Below are positions 36,201-47,989 of a DNA stretch of 64,000 nucleotides, piece after piece (within the stretch, counting starts at the first letter, position 1; each line of letters starts with the position of its first letter). A program made the translations under genes and the position numbers. The notes below the pieces were generated by a model. It had not been told where the DNA came from, ran no database searches, and saw only the letters and a program-made list of their open reading frames with translations. Source of the stretch: Basidiobolus meristosporus CBS 931.73. Taxonomy: Eukaryota; Fungi; Basidiobolomycota. Location of the stretch: contig MCFE01000261.1 in the NCBI GenBank assembly GCA_002104905.1, forward strand, positions 45,623 through 109,622. Direction: 5' to 3'.

Positions 36201-37130
36201 CTCTTCAGCAAGTTTGAGATGAAAGATCTTGGAAAATTGAGCTATTTTCTTGGAATTGAGGTCAAATTTGACATACCTACGCAGAAAATTGTGCTGAATC
36301 AGTCTAAGTACATCAGGGACATTCTTAGACGCTTCAAAATGGAAAATTGCAAACCTGCAGCAACCCCTATGGACAATAACCTGAAATTAAGCAAATCTCA
36401 GCCAGTTATGGATGAAAACGGCTCAAATATGGACCAAAACTTTCCCTATCAATCAATGGTCGGTAGCCTAATGTACTTGATGGTGTCTACACGTCCAGAT
36501 ATTGCAGTAGCAGTTGGAATAGTCAGTCAATTCATGCAGGATTATGGATCAGATCAAATTGCAGCAGTTAAGCGGATTTTCAGATATCTACAAGGTACCA
36601 TAAATATGGTACTGGAATACTCTGGAGCAGCTAATAGGCGAAAATTTGATGGTTATAGTGATTCAGATTGGGGTAGAGATCTGATTGACAGACGCTCTAC
36701 CACAGGCTATGTATTTCTTTATGCTGGTGCAGCTATTACTTGGAATTGCAAGAAACAACCAACTGTGGCACTATCTACAACTGAAGCCGAATATATGGCT
36801 GCATGTCAAGCAACTAAGGAGGCTATATGGCTACGAAAATTATTCAAAGACTTAGGTTTTAATTCAGGTGAACCAACATGTATTTACAAGGATAATCAAA
36901 GTTGTATTTCATTAGCTAGAAATCCTACTAATCATGCCAGAACTAAGCACATTGATATACAGCATCACTTTGTGAGGGAAGCTGTAGAAAATAACTTAGT
37001 AGAGCTGGTTTACTGCCCAACTGACAAAATGGTGGCAGACATATTGACAAAACCACTAGCTAGGCCACAGTTTGAGATCCTTAGAGAGAAATTGGGATTA
37101 AGAAATTATTTAGTTGAGGGGGAGTGTTGA
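33213..37130 (+). CDS. gag-pol: Copia Gag-Pol polyprotein, 1305 aa (RT motif YVDN)
   Basis: Gag (FDGKNYRLW), CCHC knuckle CNHCKKPGHWAREC, protease WYIDSGAS, HHCC plus DDE integrase (VHSDICG, RSDNGGEY, QQNGVAER), RT (KARLVAKG, LKKSLYGLKQAPR-type motif) and RH (YSDSDW, TEAEY, DNQ, ADILTK). The stop codon is supplied by the LTR TGTTGA. Confidence 0.97.
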   Translation: MTSTSKQSNTNIFPVKERFDGKNYRLWRIKMQIHLEERKLWNIVTGKEVEPKGTAEDVEKFQEKERKAFNAICINVQDSFIGQIHASNTAKAAWESLEKIFRAKSVSSKLYLKRKFFNMRKKPDDDMLQLITRMETLAEELYSINAGVDDEEKILCLLCSLPDEYEPLILSFESREDNLTLDYVKGRLLHEELRRNDQAEKIEDNALFSSERHTEKKGKQQNRRKPGCCNHCKKPGHWARECKKKQADEKQKLEQANHITTDEQLFVTVQESASNQSNEWYIDSGASQHICGIKDWFSNLKTIPVRKVYLGDNSALEATASGSIQLNMSDNSGATTAKLTDVLYVPGIAKNLLSVSKATTQGLKFVFTKLSCSILSENGQKLASGIRDHNIYKLQCKIIVPEYVNIAETDETNWEMWHRRLGHIGEQKMSQLVKNQLVLGLKYSIPIKLNVCKGCSYGKQARQRFKSSEGINTTEILAIVHSDICGPMRTLSFGAKRYFMTFIDDKTRYTWVYFLKTKDEALETFKHFKNMAETQTGCKLKVLRSDNGGEYCSKEFAKYCLSTGILQQTTVPHTPQQNGVAERANRTIVEMGRSMLHDKGMDYKFWAESVATAVYIKNRCPTTALRDSTPFEAYTGKKPDLQHLRIFGSDVFYHIPDKKRSKLEPKSRKGIFLGYCEGTKGYRVYDGEIQKLIKSRDVVFEENSDQKATEIIGQLPDDAINTNEEDTYQIQPEMEDTSTSSRSEQIIPVRRSTRIRNAPGSWWQTSNDHEEAYLALCAEPQNLEQAMQGPDATKWQQAMQEEYQSLIKAKTWELVDLPNGRKPIGCRWVYKIKITSNGAVDKYKARLVAKGYSQIQGLDFKETFAPVAKFNSIRTVLALAAVHSLDLHQMDVKTAFLNGDLQETIYMEQPEGFTDPKSPHKVCKLRKSLYGLKQAPRAWYNKIDTYLEEIGFSRSTADHSIYVKQLKKGVIILVLYVDNLIIATSDQEALKQTKSDLFSKFEMKDLGKLSYFLGIEVKFDIPTQKIVLNQSKYIRDILRRFKMENCKPAATPMDNNLKLSKSQPVMDENGSNMDQNFPYQSMVGSLMYLMVSTRPDIAVAVGIVSQFMQDYGSDQIAAVKRIFRYLQGTINMVLEYSGAANRRKFDGYSDSDWGRDLIDRRSTTGYVFLYAGAAITWNCKKQPTVALSTTEAEYMAACQATKEAIWLRKLFKDLGFNSGEPTCIYKDNQSCISLARNPTNHARTKHIDIQHHFVREAVENNLVELVYCPTDKMVADILTKPLARPQFEILREKLGLRNYLVEGEC

Positions 37131-37854
37131 AGTATTGGACTATTTGGTATCATTCAGCAGCTAAAAATTTACTTAACAATTCTAGGCTAGTCTTAGTCAC
37201 TGTAGGACTCATTTACTGCCTTTACTTCGCCACTTTCTCAAGATATATGATCTTATGATTATTCCCCTATAGTCAGGATCAAATTAGCACTATTACCAAA
37301 CATTATGTACTAACCCTGAAACTATTACAGAATGCTCCTGAATATTGAGAAACCCTCCCTACTTAGTGTTGCAGCTGTATTACTTCTACAAAGGTATAAA
37401 TACTGAGCTTCTTTATGAATAAACAACAGTTCAACTATTATCACTATTTCTTGATAAGTTCCTTATATCCAAATCACTTCTTAAATTGCAACAAAGACTA
37501 TATGAACTGGATACTTATCTATTGAAGTGGCGTTCTGAAGCCTTTCCTACCAAGAGTACATTGGAAGCATTGGGAGTCATATGTGGACATTGTAGAAATA
37601 TTCATCCAGAAGCAGATCACCAATGCCAACTTGACACTTCTACAGCTGTTGTGTGAGGAGTCTGTGACCGGATATGAGCGGCTAAGCTACAAACATAAAG
37701 CTGAATGTGCAGATCTCTGCCACTACTGTATCCATTCTCTACCCCATCTTGCATGATGTGTGGAGAATATTGGGCCTTGCTTCACCTTTTGGGAGTTTTA
37801 GCCTGTTTTCACTAGCTTTTCAATATCTTGTTTCATTCTAGGCCACAATGTACT

Positions 37855-38475
37855 GGCTTCATCCTGGATTACCATCTTGATCTCCTCATCCACCTCATTA
37901 GGAGTGGCTTGATCCTCCAAGTAGTGTGGTAATAGGCTAGGCCAATCTGATTCTTGCACTAAGTTGAGTTGAGCAACTTGTTCTTATTGTGAGAATGCAA
38001 TAGCAACCATGTTGTTTTTTGCAGGGTAGTAGACAATCACCAAATCAAATTGCTAATGTATTCACTCCATCTTGTCATACTTCTGTATAGTACCTTCTGA
38101 GTCAATATAAACTTGAGTGAGGCATGATCAGTCTTCACAGTGCTCTTGACTCCTTCAATGCAGCATCTCCAGGTCTTCAAGCAGTGTATCATGGTAAGCA
38201 TCTCCTTCTCATGCACTAGATTGTTTGGTTCTACTGAGTTCAGTTTTTTGGACTCAAAAGCAACTGGCCAGTCCTTTCCTTCACGTTCTTGGCCCATTAT
38301 TCCACAAATTACATAGTCTGAAGCTTTTGTACCCAGAGTAAACTCTTTTCTGAGGTCTGGGATTCTCAAGCTTGGCAGCTTAGCAAGTTCATTCTTGAGC
38401 ATCTGAAAGTCAGTCTCACAGGCTATGTCCCACTTCATAGCACTGTTCCTCTTGAGATTATCAGTTAAAGGGTTT
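37855..38475 (-). mobile_element. Gypsy RT-RNase H remnant (distinct from the 10.7-14 kb element)
   Basis: FTLGTKASDYVICG...PVAFESKKLN...HEKEMLTMIHCLKTWR...KTDHASL. Confidence 0.85.
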
Positions 38476-38479
38476 TATC

Positions 38480-39400
38480 TAATAGAGGAGCAAACTGTAA
38501 GGCAAAGACATTGGAAGCTTACCTGGAAATGGAGTGGATCAGACACTTGAAAACCTTGGCATATTACCCTAAAACTGATGGAGTCACTGAGTAGTTTAAT
38601 TGATTATTTGGAGAAATGTTGACCAAGTATGCAAATGGAGCCGTCAGTGGATGAGATGAGTTTATAGACAAAGTACTTTTTGCATGCAGAGTTAGAGTAC
38701 ACAACACCACCCAACAATTGCAATTTACTTGGTGTTTGGATGTGAACCAAGGATTCCAGGAGATCCCACACAACCAAAGCTTACCAACATCTTAGGGCCA
38801 TGACTATGTAGAAGTACTAGGGGCCTCCATATTTGGAAACTATATATTTGGCCTGGAACTTGGATAAACATGGCTGTTCAACTGTCATCCATCATTCCAT
38901 TAAAGAATCCAAACTACTCAGTTCTAAAATGGCAACCTGAGCTATGAGCTACTACCTGCCAGACCAGATTTCAACTCAGGCAATTCCAGTCAGTTGGACA
39001 TGAACAGACTTAGCAAGACACAGTTTGGTAGACACCTCAGAAATGGCACTCAGATGCTTTGTATGGTGTTATTACAGGATGATACTCTGCTCCAGTCATC
39101 CATGGAGCAAAGACTCCTCTCAAGGAATATGCAGACTTGTTTTTTGATCAACTGGAAGCCTGCTGCCAGTTAGAGATGTGCATCATGACATCTACACAGG
39201 AAATTGCTCCCCAGTGAGCAAGACACCATGCAGGATGAGTCCATTGGAGTTGGAAGAATTAAAGATACAAATTGATGAAATGTTGGAGCAAGAATACCTG
39301 ACCTAAACTGGTCACCTTGGGGAGCACCATGGCTTTGAGTGAGAGTAAGGATGGATTACTAACAATGAGCATTTACTACAGAGCAGCATATTGTGTTTGT
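38480..39400 (+). mobile_element. Scrambled Gypsy integrase and RT N-terminal remnants
   Basis: TDGVTE.FN..FGEMLTKY (IN); ELEELKIQIDEMLEQEY and SPWGAP (RT), in broken frames. Confidence 0.6.
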
Positions 39401-39759
39401 GAGAAGTATAAGCACCCCAAACATGGATTTGTTGTGATATGCTGCTTGAGTGCATAAGTGAGAGCAGTTTTTAGTCAAGTCAATCAGCTTTATATTTGAC
39501 CTATGAGCTTATTAGTATTCTCTAACAAATAAGTATAATTAGTCATCAGATGAATAAGCAAATCCTTATTATGCAGAAATGAATATGTCAAGGAAGATCA
39601 TAAGGGGTGATGATGATACAGATAAATGAGTCATCTGCAACAATCTATTGCATAATACAAGTTGATCTTGCAATATGCACATAAGTAGCTGCAAGAACCT
39701 CAATTAAGATCAGTTTAAGTTTTAGTGAATATATAGATAGCTCAACTCTCAGTTCCTCT

Positions 39760-42700
39760 ACACCCATATATCAAGATCTGCAACAGGTGTTCTGTTTCTG
39801 GACAACTATTACTGCAATGTCAGCGTATGATCCTCCATGCTTCCAATATACCCTAGGTAGAAACTTTTTCAGTAAGCCCATTCAATCAATAAATATCCAG
39901 TTTGACCAGTCCTTGCATTTGTATTAGTGTATATGAGTATATGTGTTCACTGGAGTCTGCATTAAGTATCTTGGTGAGCAGATACTCTGTCTTTGCTGTA
40001 ACTACATGCTGGTTATGATATGTTCTCTCTGTGCAAACATGATGTTCTTGGTGCTGGTTCTAAAATAATTCTAATGTGTGTGAGCTATGGAGTAAATCCC
40101 CTAGATCTCATATATTTCACAGTATGCACTTTGATATGACAGCTACTTTGCAGTATCCAGTTAGAAAGCACACTGAATCCATCCAACAATGGGTTCATGT
40201 AGCCGTCCAGGTTAGATGGTTATTAAGGCCCAAATATTAGTGAGACTACCATCAGATTTCTGCTTGAATACTATAGGATGGGTGGCCAATTCAGGTTGAT
40301 TAGAACTATTGGCCTGCAGGATTTGCAGGTAGAGTACTTTTTCATCAAGAGTCTATCAAGTGTCAAGACAGAGGCATGGACATACACACCATCCATATAG
40401 CTCTTGTTTCTTAGTTGCCTGTAATATATGCCATTAAATATATTGCAAATGAGTGAACAGCATTGATTGGCAAGAATTGCAGCTTTTTTCTCACACTTGC
40501 TTGTCTCTGGCTTGGGTATGCTTTTTTCCCTTTACCTTTCCTTTATCACTGCTAGGTCTCTTACTGCTACTTTGGCTGAGTGTGTCTTATATTGCACTAT
40601 GCTTTCTCCTGGATAAATGCTGCTCAGATGCATCTGTTTTGGCCTACCTGTCTCTTGCTGGCACTCTATGGGCAGCATGGTGCTACTTTTCTGCTTGTTG
40701 TGAGCTTTCAGTCCATGCTGTGATGGGCTCCTGAAGTAGCTGCTTGTCTTTATCACTGCCAGATCCTTTACTGTTACTTCAACTGAGTGCTTCTTCAGTA
40801 GAACTACACTTTTTCCTGAATAAATATTAGGCTGGTGCATATGTGTCTACCTGCTTTTCCCTTAATGGCACTCTTCCAGCTACCTGATGTCTCTTTGATG
40901 CTTGTTTCAAGCTTTTGGCCCTGCTTGTTACCTGCTCTTGAGGAGGTCACTGGTTTTTAGCCATTACACCCTTGTTCTTCTCCTTCTGATAGCTTCTGCT
41001 ATTCTTACTGTACTTTTTAGCATAGCAATGCTGGCCTAAAATATGTTTGCTTGTTATAATCCTAGAAAATGCTTATGGAGCAAGTCAAGCACATCCTGCT
41101 TGGCCTTGAGTTTCTGATGGTGCCATGATATGCCAGCCTTAAGGTGTTGGCAACCTAGTCTTCTAATGGCCTCCTGAAGATTAGCCTGCACTTCATCATT
41201 GAAATCAACAACTTCACAGATCTTTGATCTTTTTTGATTTTTAGGCTTTAGTATAATACTCTATTTTCTCCCTCCCATGCTGTGATTGGTTCTTCTGTAG
41301 GCTTCATCTTTGGGCACTGTTGTTATGCTTGAGAGACTGTGTGGTGTTCCTTAGCTTGTACATCAGAAAATGGCACAATTCTTGGCTGTAACATTGAGCT
41401 TCTCAAGCTCCATCTTTGCAGCGGAGATAATACTTCTGCTGCCTGGGATATCAATTGCTCTACACCATTTTTCTGCTCATGCTGTTTCAGGACTATTTCC
41501 TGATTTTTCTGGGCCATTGCATCTATCCTATCAGCCACTGCCTCTAATTGCCTCATTGATACTGTGGTAAGAGCTGACACATATTAGCTAACTCAAGTGG
41601 TGGTGATGTTATCATAGCTGCTTGCTGGTCTTCAATTGAAGGTGATGCATTTGCTGTATTCTCATCTGCCTCAGCAATATGGTCAGCTTGCGGCTGTGCA
41701 GGGATTTTTAACTGCCTACTTGACTACAAGCTTGAGGAGTCTGCATTTTTACATTCAGTGGGCACACTTTCCACAGGGCCTTTTTGGGATGCAGCCCCAC
41801 TTGTTGCACTGAATGTAAAAGCAAGCTGTTATCCAACTGTTCTTCTGCTGCTACCAGTGGTGGGGTTTGGTTGGGTGCCAGACAACTTTGCATTATATTT
41901 GTGGCATATATATAAGAAGTGAGTCATACTAAAGGGAAACAGTGCTTCATTAATGTGTGTATACGGAGCCACAACTCTATTTACAATTGCTACTATGGCT
42001 GATCATCATTGAATCATACATTTGTGTAGGTATAATGTCTCAAATACAAGACTACCTTAAATTCACACTGGTATCTGGGCCTAAATCACTGTCCAACCTG
42101 GATAGCTACCAGTATCTATTGCTGGACAAATTTGATATACTTTCTAGCAGGATATCAATAAATGGGTGTCATATCAAAGCACATATTATGATATGCATTG
42201 GATATACCAGCTATCAGGATAATAGCTGGCTTTTCTGGGCACAATGAGCAGTATTGCTGTCAAACATGTGAGATCCAGGGGACCTACTCCATAACTTACG
42301 CACATTATCAGTACCAAAACACCAACAGTGAGAACTTCATCTTTCTGCAGAGAGAATGTACACAAGATAGCATGCAATTGCAGCAAAGCTTTTAGATACC
42401 AGAGAAGTATGAAAGAATTGGCAAAATACCACAGAGTATCCACTACCCTGGGTACTTGTCACAGGCTCCAATCAATATTCATGCACATATTCAACAATAA
42501 TTGTGCTAGGACTGGATGAACTGGATAGATATTTATTCAAGTGGCCTTATGAGGCCACTTCTACCAAGAGTACATTGGAAGCATTAGGAGTCATATGTGG
42601 AGATTGTAGGAATAATTATCCAGAAGCAGATCACCAATATCAACTTGACACATCTACAGCTTTTGTGCAAAGAGTTTATGACAGAATTTGAATGACTATG

Positions 42701-43900
42701 TTACAAGCATAAGGCTGAGCATGTAGATTGTTGCTGCTAATGTATTGATTTGTTACTCCATCTTTCTTGGTGTTTTGAAAATAGTGGACATTGCTTTACC
42801 TTTTGGGAATTTCCTATAGAGCAGATATGTGGGGAGCAAGGAAGTCAAGTCCAGTTGCTAGTACTACCATATCCCTATCTCATCAAGAATAGTATCTTAA
42901 AGTTCATCATGAGTGTCTTGAGTTGGCGCATAAAGAACCGCCAGGAAGAGTTGGAAAATACTGAGGACAGATGTGCATATAGAGACACCTGTTTCTATGG
43001 CATTTTAAAGCTATGCAGCCACAATGCATGGGTAATCAGTTAAGTAATGGAAAGTTGTGTTGGGTGCAATCAGCAACTAATTTTTATTAGTAAAACTCTA
43101 CTAAAGTATGCTGAGTTTCTCTTGGTCATAAACTAATTTCTATACTATTTAATATGAAATTCACACAAACCTAAGCTAAAATGCACCTATAAGGGGGACT
43201 AGAATCCTTCAGGGCAAAGGAATATATTGGCCAAGTACCAAAAATCTCTTGGCTGACATTCAGGAGGTATTCATGGCAGAAGTGGTGGCAACCAAGCATA
43301 TACCTGCAAGATGTATAGGTTACCAGCAATACATGGTATATGGCAACTTTGCAAGTATCACACTTAAAAGCTGTAAATTGAGGTGATAGTAATATGCCAA
43401 TTGTGGCAGGTGTGCATATTAGTAGAGGTTGGTAAACAGGAGACAGTAGTATTTTGTGATTTGAACTACATGTGGAATACCCAAGGTAGTAATGGGTAAG
43501 AAAATAAAGAGGAGTGATACTTCAGTGGAATATATGAATTGTTAAAGGGGAGGTAGAAAAAGGAAATATTATTTGGAAAGTTAGTACAGTATCATTATAT
43601 TGAGTCAGCTGTAGGTTGCAATACTGCTGTAATAGTGCCATCAAAGGCTTGCAATGAAGCCATCTAAACACCCTCAAGTTTTTCTCCATATAAGGCAATT
43701 GAATTTACTTGGGGGTTAGATCCACTCAAATAGTTGCAGAGCTCACTAAGACTGCAACAATGCATGCTACTCTAGGCAAAACACTGTGCAAACACTGTTA
43801 TGTTTTTTAATTTTATTTGGCGGTAAAATTAGCCAAACACTATTGTGATCTTGACATAAGATTGTGTAGATGTTCACAAAATCCAAGCCACCAGCATTAT
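39760..43900. mobile_element. Composite CACTA-like copy 4 (inverted transposase piece, accessory ORF, internally deleted transposase with C-terminal region)
   Basis: 39760-40450 is the reverse complement of the transposase; 40460-41890 is the accessory ORF (-); 41900 onward is transposase with a deletion at about 42060 and FTFWEFPIEQICG (W.FP.ER.CG motif). Boundaries approximate. Confidence 0.7.
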
Positions 43901-44159
43901 AGCAGTCTGCTTACAGATCTTGATTGCTGATCTGGATTGGATCCACCCACAGGACCAAATTATTTTTTATAGGGGTCACATGACAAATAGGTTTTTGAAG
44001 GCCTTTAGACAGGATCATCATAATTATTTCTCATAGAGTCATAAAAGTGGCTGTTCTCATGCTGGTAATTCTTCTTGGCTATTGTTGGATTTCACCTGTT
44101 CTGGGCTGACAGTGTCTATTGGTGCAAATAGCTGCCTCTTTCTCATGCTTCCTTCTCTC

Positions 44160-44372
44160 TGTAGCAATTTAAGCAGTGATTTGAATATAAGGAACTTTAA
44201 GAAATAGTAATAATGCTTCAACTGTTGCTTATTCATACAGAGGAACAGTATTTATACCTTTGTAGAAGTAATACAGCTGTAACAATAAGTCAGGAGGGTT
44301 CCTTAACAATCAGGAGCACTCTGTAACAGTTCCAGAGTAGTACATAATGTTTAGTAAGTATGTTAATTTGAT
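44160..44372 (-). mobile_element. Partial, diverged Copia-A-family LTR
   Basis: TGTAGCAATTTAAGCAGTGATTTG...CAGTATTTATACCTTTGTAGAAGTAATACAGC matches the reverse complement of the A LTR; cut by LTR C. Confidence 0.8.
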
Positions 44373-44375
44373 TTC

Positions 44376-44902
44376 TGTCATGATCACATGACATCCCTGG
44401 TCTCTGGTGCTCAAGCTAAATCAAGTTGCTGAAGAAATTCCAGTTCCTTCTAGAAAGTTGTACTACATTCTAGCAACTTCTGGAAAGTTGCAAGTCAATG
44501 TTACATAATTGAACATTCTATAGACGCTCCCCTTTGGAATTTGAGTAGCCAGATACCATATATTGTAATTGCATGTCACATAACCTAGTCACATGATCAG
44601 CTAACCCCTAGCATATCTCATGCGGTATTCTAGACTGTTCTTTAGTATATTTCTACCTTGGCACACTTACTGTGCCTTATTCTAGAGCCCCATCAGTATT
44701 AGCCAATATCTCTTGGCATCCATAATGCCAATAAGTATAAATAGTCCTTTCCCCCTTATGTATTCCTCAGCCTGATAAATACAGGTCTTGAATAAACTGC
44801 CTTGTATTGGAGATCCTCCTTGCCTTGTTGATCCACACATAAGTCCTTTCTTAGTCTTGCCTTGCCTAGCTCTACTCTCCTGCCTTATGTCTTTTTATAA
44901 CA
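44376..44902 (+). mobile_element. Solo LTR family C without matching TSD
   Basis: Homologous to 17200-17746; flanks are ATTTC and CATTC and belong to different elements. Confidence 0.8.
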
Positions 44903-47900
44903 CATTCTTCATTTTTGCGCTTAATGTCTTCACAGATCTTCAATCTCTTTTTATTTTGATGCTTGTGTATAAAGATAACAGTCTCTCCCTATCATGCTGC
45001 AATATGCTTTTCTGTGGACTATATCACTGGGCAATATTATTTTGCTTCAAAGACTGTATGGTGTTCCTCTGCAATTAAAATGGGAAATAGTACAGCTCTT
45101 TGATGTGATATTGAGCTACCTAAAGTCCTTCTTTGCAGCTTGGATACTGTATTTTCTACCTGGGATATTAATTGCACCATATGCATCATCTGCCCATCTA
45201 GTCTCTGGACTATTTCCAGATTTCCTTGGGCCATTGCTTCTATTCTATCAGCAACTGCTCCTAGTTGCTTCATCAATACTTTGATATGAGCTGACAATAT
45301 ACTTGCAAATACCATTGGTGGAGATGTTATGATGGTCATTTGCTGGTCCTCCACTGGAGGTTTGGCATTTACTTCATTCTCATCTGCCCAAGTATAATGG
45401 TTAGCTTATGGGTCTGCAGAGATTCTCAGTTGCCTACTTCATTGAGAACTTGAGGAGTTTGCACTGTTATCTACAGTGGGCTCACTGTCAGCAGGGTCTT
45501 CTTTGGAGGTAGTCCCACTTGTTGCATTGAATGTGAAAGCAAGCTTTTGTGCAACCATTTTGCTGCTGATGTTTGAGGTGGGGCCTACTTGGGAACTGGA
45601 AAACTTTACTTTAGTTCTTGGAAGCACATATATATGAAACTGAGTCAAACCAGAAGAAAAATAGTGTTATATATTGATGTGCATCTGTTGAGATATTGGA
45701 CTATTTGGTATCATTCAGCAGCTGAAAATTTACTTAACAATTCTGGACTAGTCTTGGTCACTGTGGGACTAACTTACAGCTCTAACTTTGCCACTTTCTT
45801 CAGATGTATGATCTTATGATTATTCCCTTATAGTCAGTATCAAATTAGCACTATTATTAAACATTATGCACTAACCCTGAAACTGTTACAGAATGCTCCT
45901 GAATATTGAGAAGCCCTCCTTACTTAGTGTTATGGCTGTATTACTTCTACAAAGGTATAAATACTGTGCTTCTTTATTAATAAACAACAGTTCAACTACT
46001 ATCACTATTTCTTGAAAAGTTCCTTATATCCAAGTCACTTCTTAGACTGCAACAGTAGCTGATGCCAAGGCTGCATTTATAATGCTTAACATGGTAGGTC
46101 ATGATTCTTGCTTTCTTGTGGGCTTAATGTCTTAAATATAAGACTGTCTTAAATATAAGACTGTCTTAAAATCATCTGAGTATAAGAAAAAAGATACACA
46201 ATAGTGCTAGGTTATTGAGTCTCAAGCTGTTTCCTCCATGGATAAGACTACCTGGATTCAATGCAATAAGAGAAGGGAAAAACAATCATGTGACTATTGT
46301 AACAAGCTTCTCAACCATGAAGCATGCAGACAGCATAAGAAGTAACACAAGGATCATGGCTAGTGTTTTGCCACACAAGTCATATTTACTACTGTATCAA
46401 TAATATCTTTCCAGCCACTTAATACCTCAAAAATGGCACCTAGCTATACTTGTCACCTTCAGCTAACTAAGTTGGAGGAGCTTGTGAAGCCATTTGGCTC
46501 ACCTCAGCCTTCTGAACACAGCACAAACAGTGCAAAAGACTCCCTGATGGATTGTGATTCAAGCTCCCCTCACCACAGTATCCTGCATGAGTCCAGCAAA
46601 AGTTCAGTATGTGATGAGACAACTCCTGCAGAAAAATGCAAGAATACTTTATGGGGCCTATTCAGCCCAGTAATTCACTTGCTGGCAAATGATGCAATGT
46701 TTGGGCTAGAGAGTAGGCATACTTCCACCAATATCAGTAACAAGGGCTTAGAGGATTTGGATATTTCTTGCCACAACCATTCCAGTTTGCATACCATGCA
46801 CTTGGTATAATTGGAAAGCTGTTATGCAGCTGGTAACATGCAGCGCAGAGACCAATCTGATACCAGAATGTGTTAACAATTGCGTAACATTGACATCAGA
46901 AAATGCTACCATTGCAAGGTGTCCAACTTGTCATGAATACACCACTGAATGAGGAAACATTGTTTACACCGCAGATATATTCCAGTAATACCCTATCTAA
47001 AGATGCTCATGCATTCTCATAAGTAGAGCAAAGCTCAAAAGCACCACATTCAGTATCAGTCAGGCATAGGCATTTCCAATATGTTTGATAGCAATTATGA
47101 CAAACAGCTAAGAAGCAAGGGCTACTCTGAAGGTATATACTAGTAAATGAATGTCATGTCAAAGTGCAAACTATTAGCTGCATTCAAGATACCCCAGCCC
47201 TCAGCAAGGTGGCCAGCATTTCTGGGCACAATGGATGGAATTGCTGTCAAATATGTGAGACTCAGGGGATTTACTCATAACACACATACATTCCTGTTAT
47301 CCAGACACCAATTATAGGAACATCATTGTCTCACAGAGAGAATATATAGAAGTCAGCATGCAACTGCAACTAAGCTGGTAAGCTACAAGCCATTGGCCAG
47401 AATACAGCATTAATCAAAGCCAGTGGTACTAAGGATTGAGGGAATCTGTTGGAGCAAATGCTCTCTGCTGGGAATATTGAGTTTACTCTTCAGCAATATC
47501 CCAATGCCAATGACAAAGTTGTACACCAGGTATTTCAAGTTAAGTGAGGCCTGTGAGATACTGGAAAATTTTGGAAGAATTGATAAGAAAATACAGTGTA
47601 TCTGCTACCCAAGGTACTTCTCACAAGCTCTAATCAGTATTCAAATGCAAATGAATTGATTCAAATGCAAGGACTGGATGAGCTGGATATGTGTTTACTT
47701 ACGTGGCCTTCTGAAGCAACTTCTACACAGAGTACATTGGAATCATTGGGACAAATATGTTGACTTTGAAGGAACATTTATCTACAGGTAGACCACTAAT
47801 GCAAAATTTAAACACTTACAGCTTTTAGGCAAGGAGTCCAACACAGTATATGAATTGCTATACTACAATAATAAAGCTGAATGTGTAGATCTATGCTGCT

Positions 47901-47985
47901 ACTGTGTTTATTCTCTACTCCATATTGCTTGATGTGTGGAAAATGATTGGCCTTGCTTCTGCTTTTGAGGGTTTCCAATGGGGTG
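44903..47985. mobile_element. CACTA-like copy 5 with a solo Copia A LTR between its two genes
   Basis: Accessory ORF 5' part on -, transposase on + (46250-47960), collinear with copies 1 and 3. Confidence 0.72.
45686..46054 (+). mobile_element. Solo LTR of Copia family A
   Basis: 369 bp TGTTGAGATATTGG...CTGCAACA; flanks GCATC/GTAGC (imperfect TSD). Confidence 0.9.
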
Positions 47986-47989
47986 GATG

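Larger units (their letters stand above)
32808..37493 (+). mobile_element. Full-length Ty1/Copia retrotransposon, family A
   Basis: 369-bp LTRs 32808-33176 and 37125-37493 (TGTTG...CAACA; 3 substitutions); TSD AAGAC (32803-07, 37494-98); PBS GGTTATGAGCCCC 33177-89; PPT GAGGGGGAG 37116-24. Confidence 0.98.
30864..37850. mobile_element. CACTA-like copy 3, interrupted by the full-length Copia A
   Basis: Collinear with 24270-26290; transposase continues after 37498 (ELDTYLLKW...). Right boundary approximate. Confidence 0.75.

Noticed and set aside
42950-43060. CFYGILKLCSHNAWVI resembling a piggyBac C-terminal motif
   Set aside because: It is in frame with the upstream CACTA motif FWEFPIEQICG and there are no piggyBac DDD motifs or TTAA ends.
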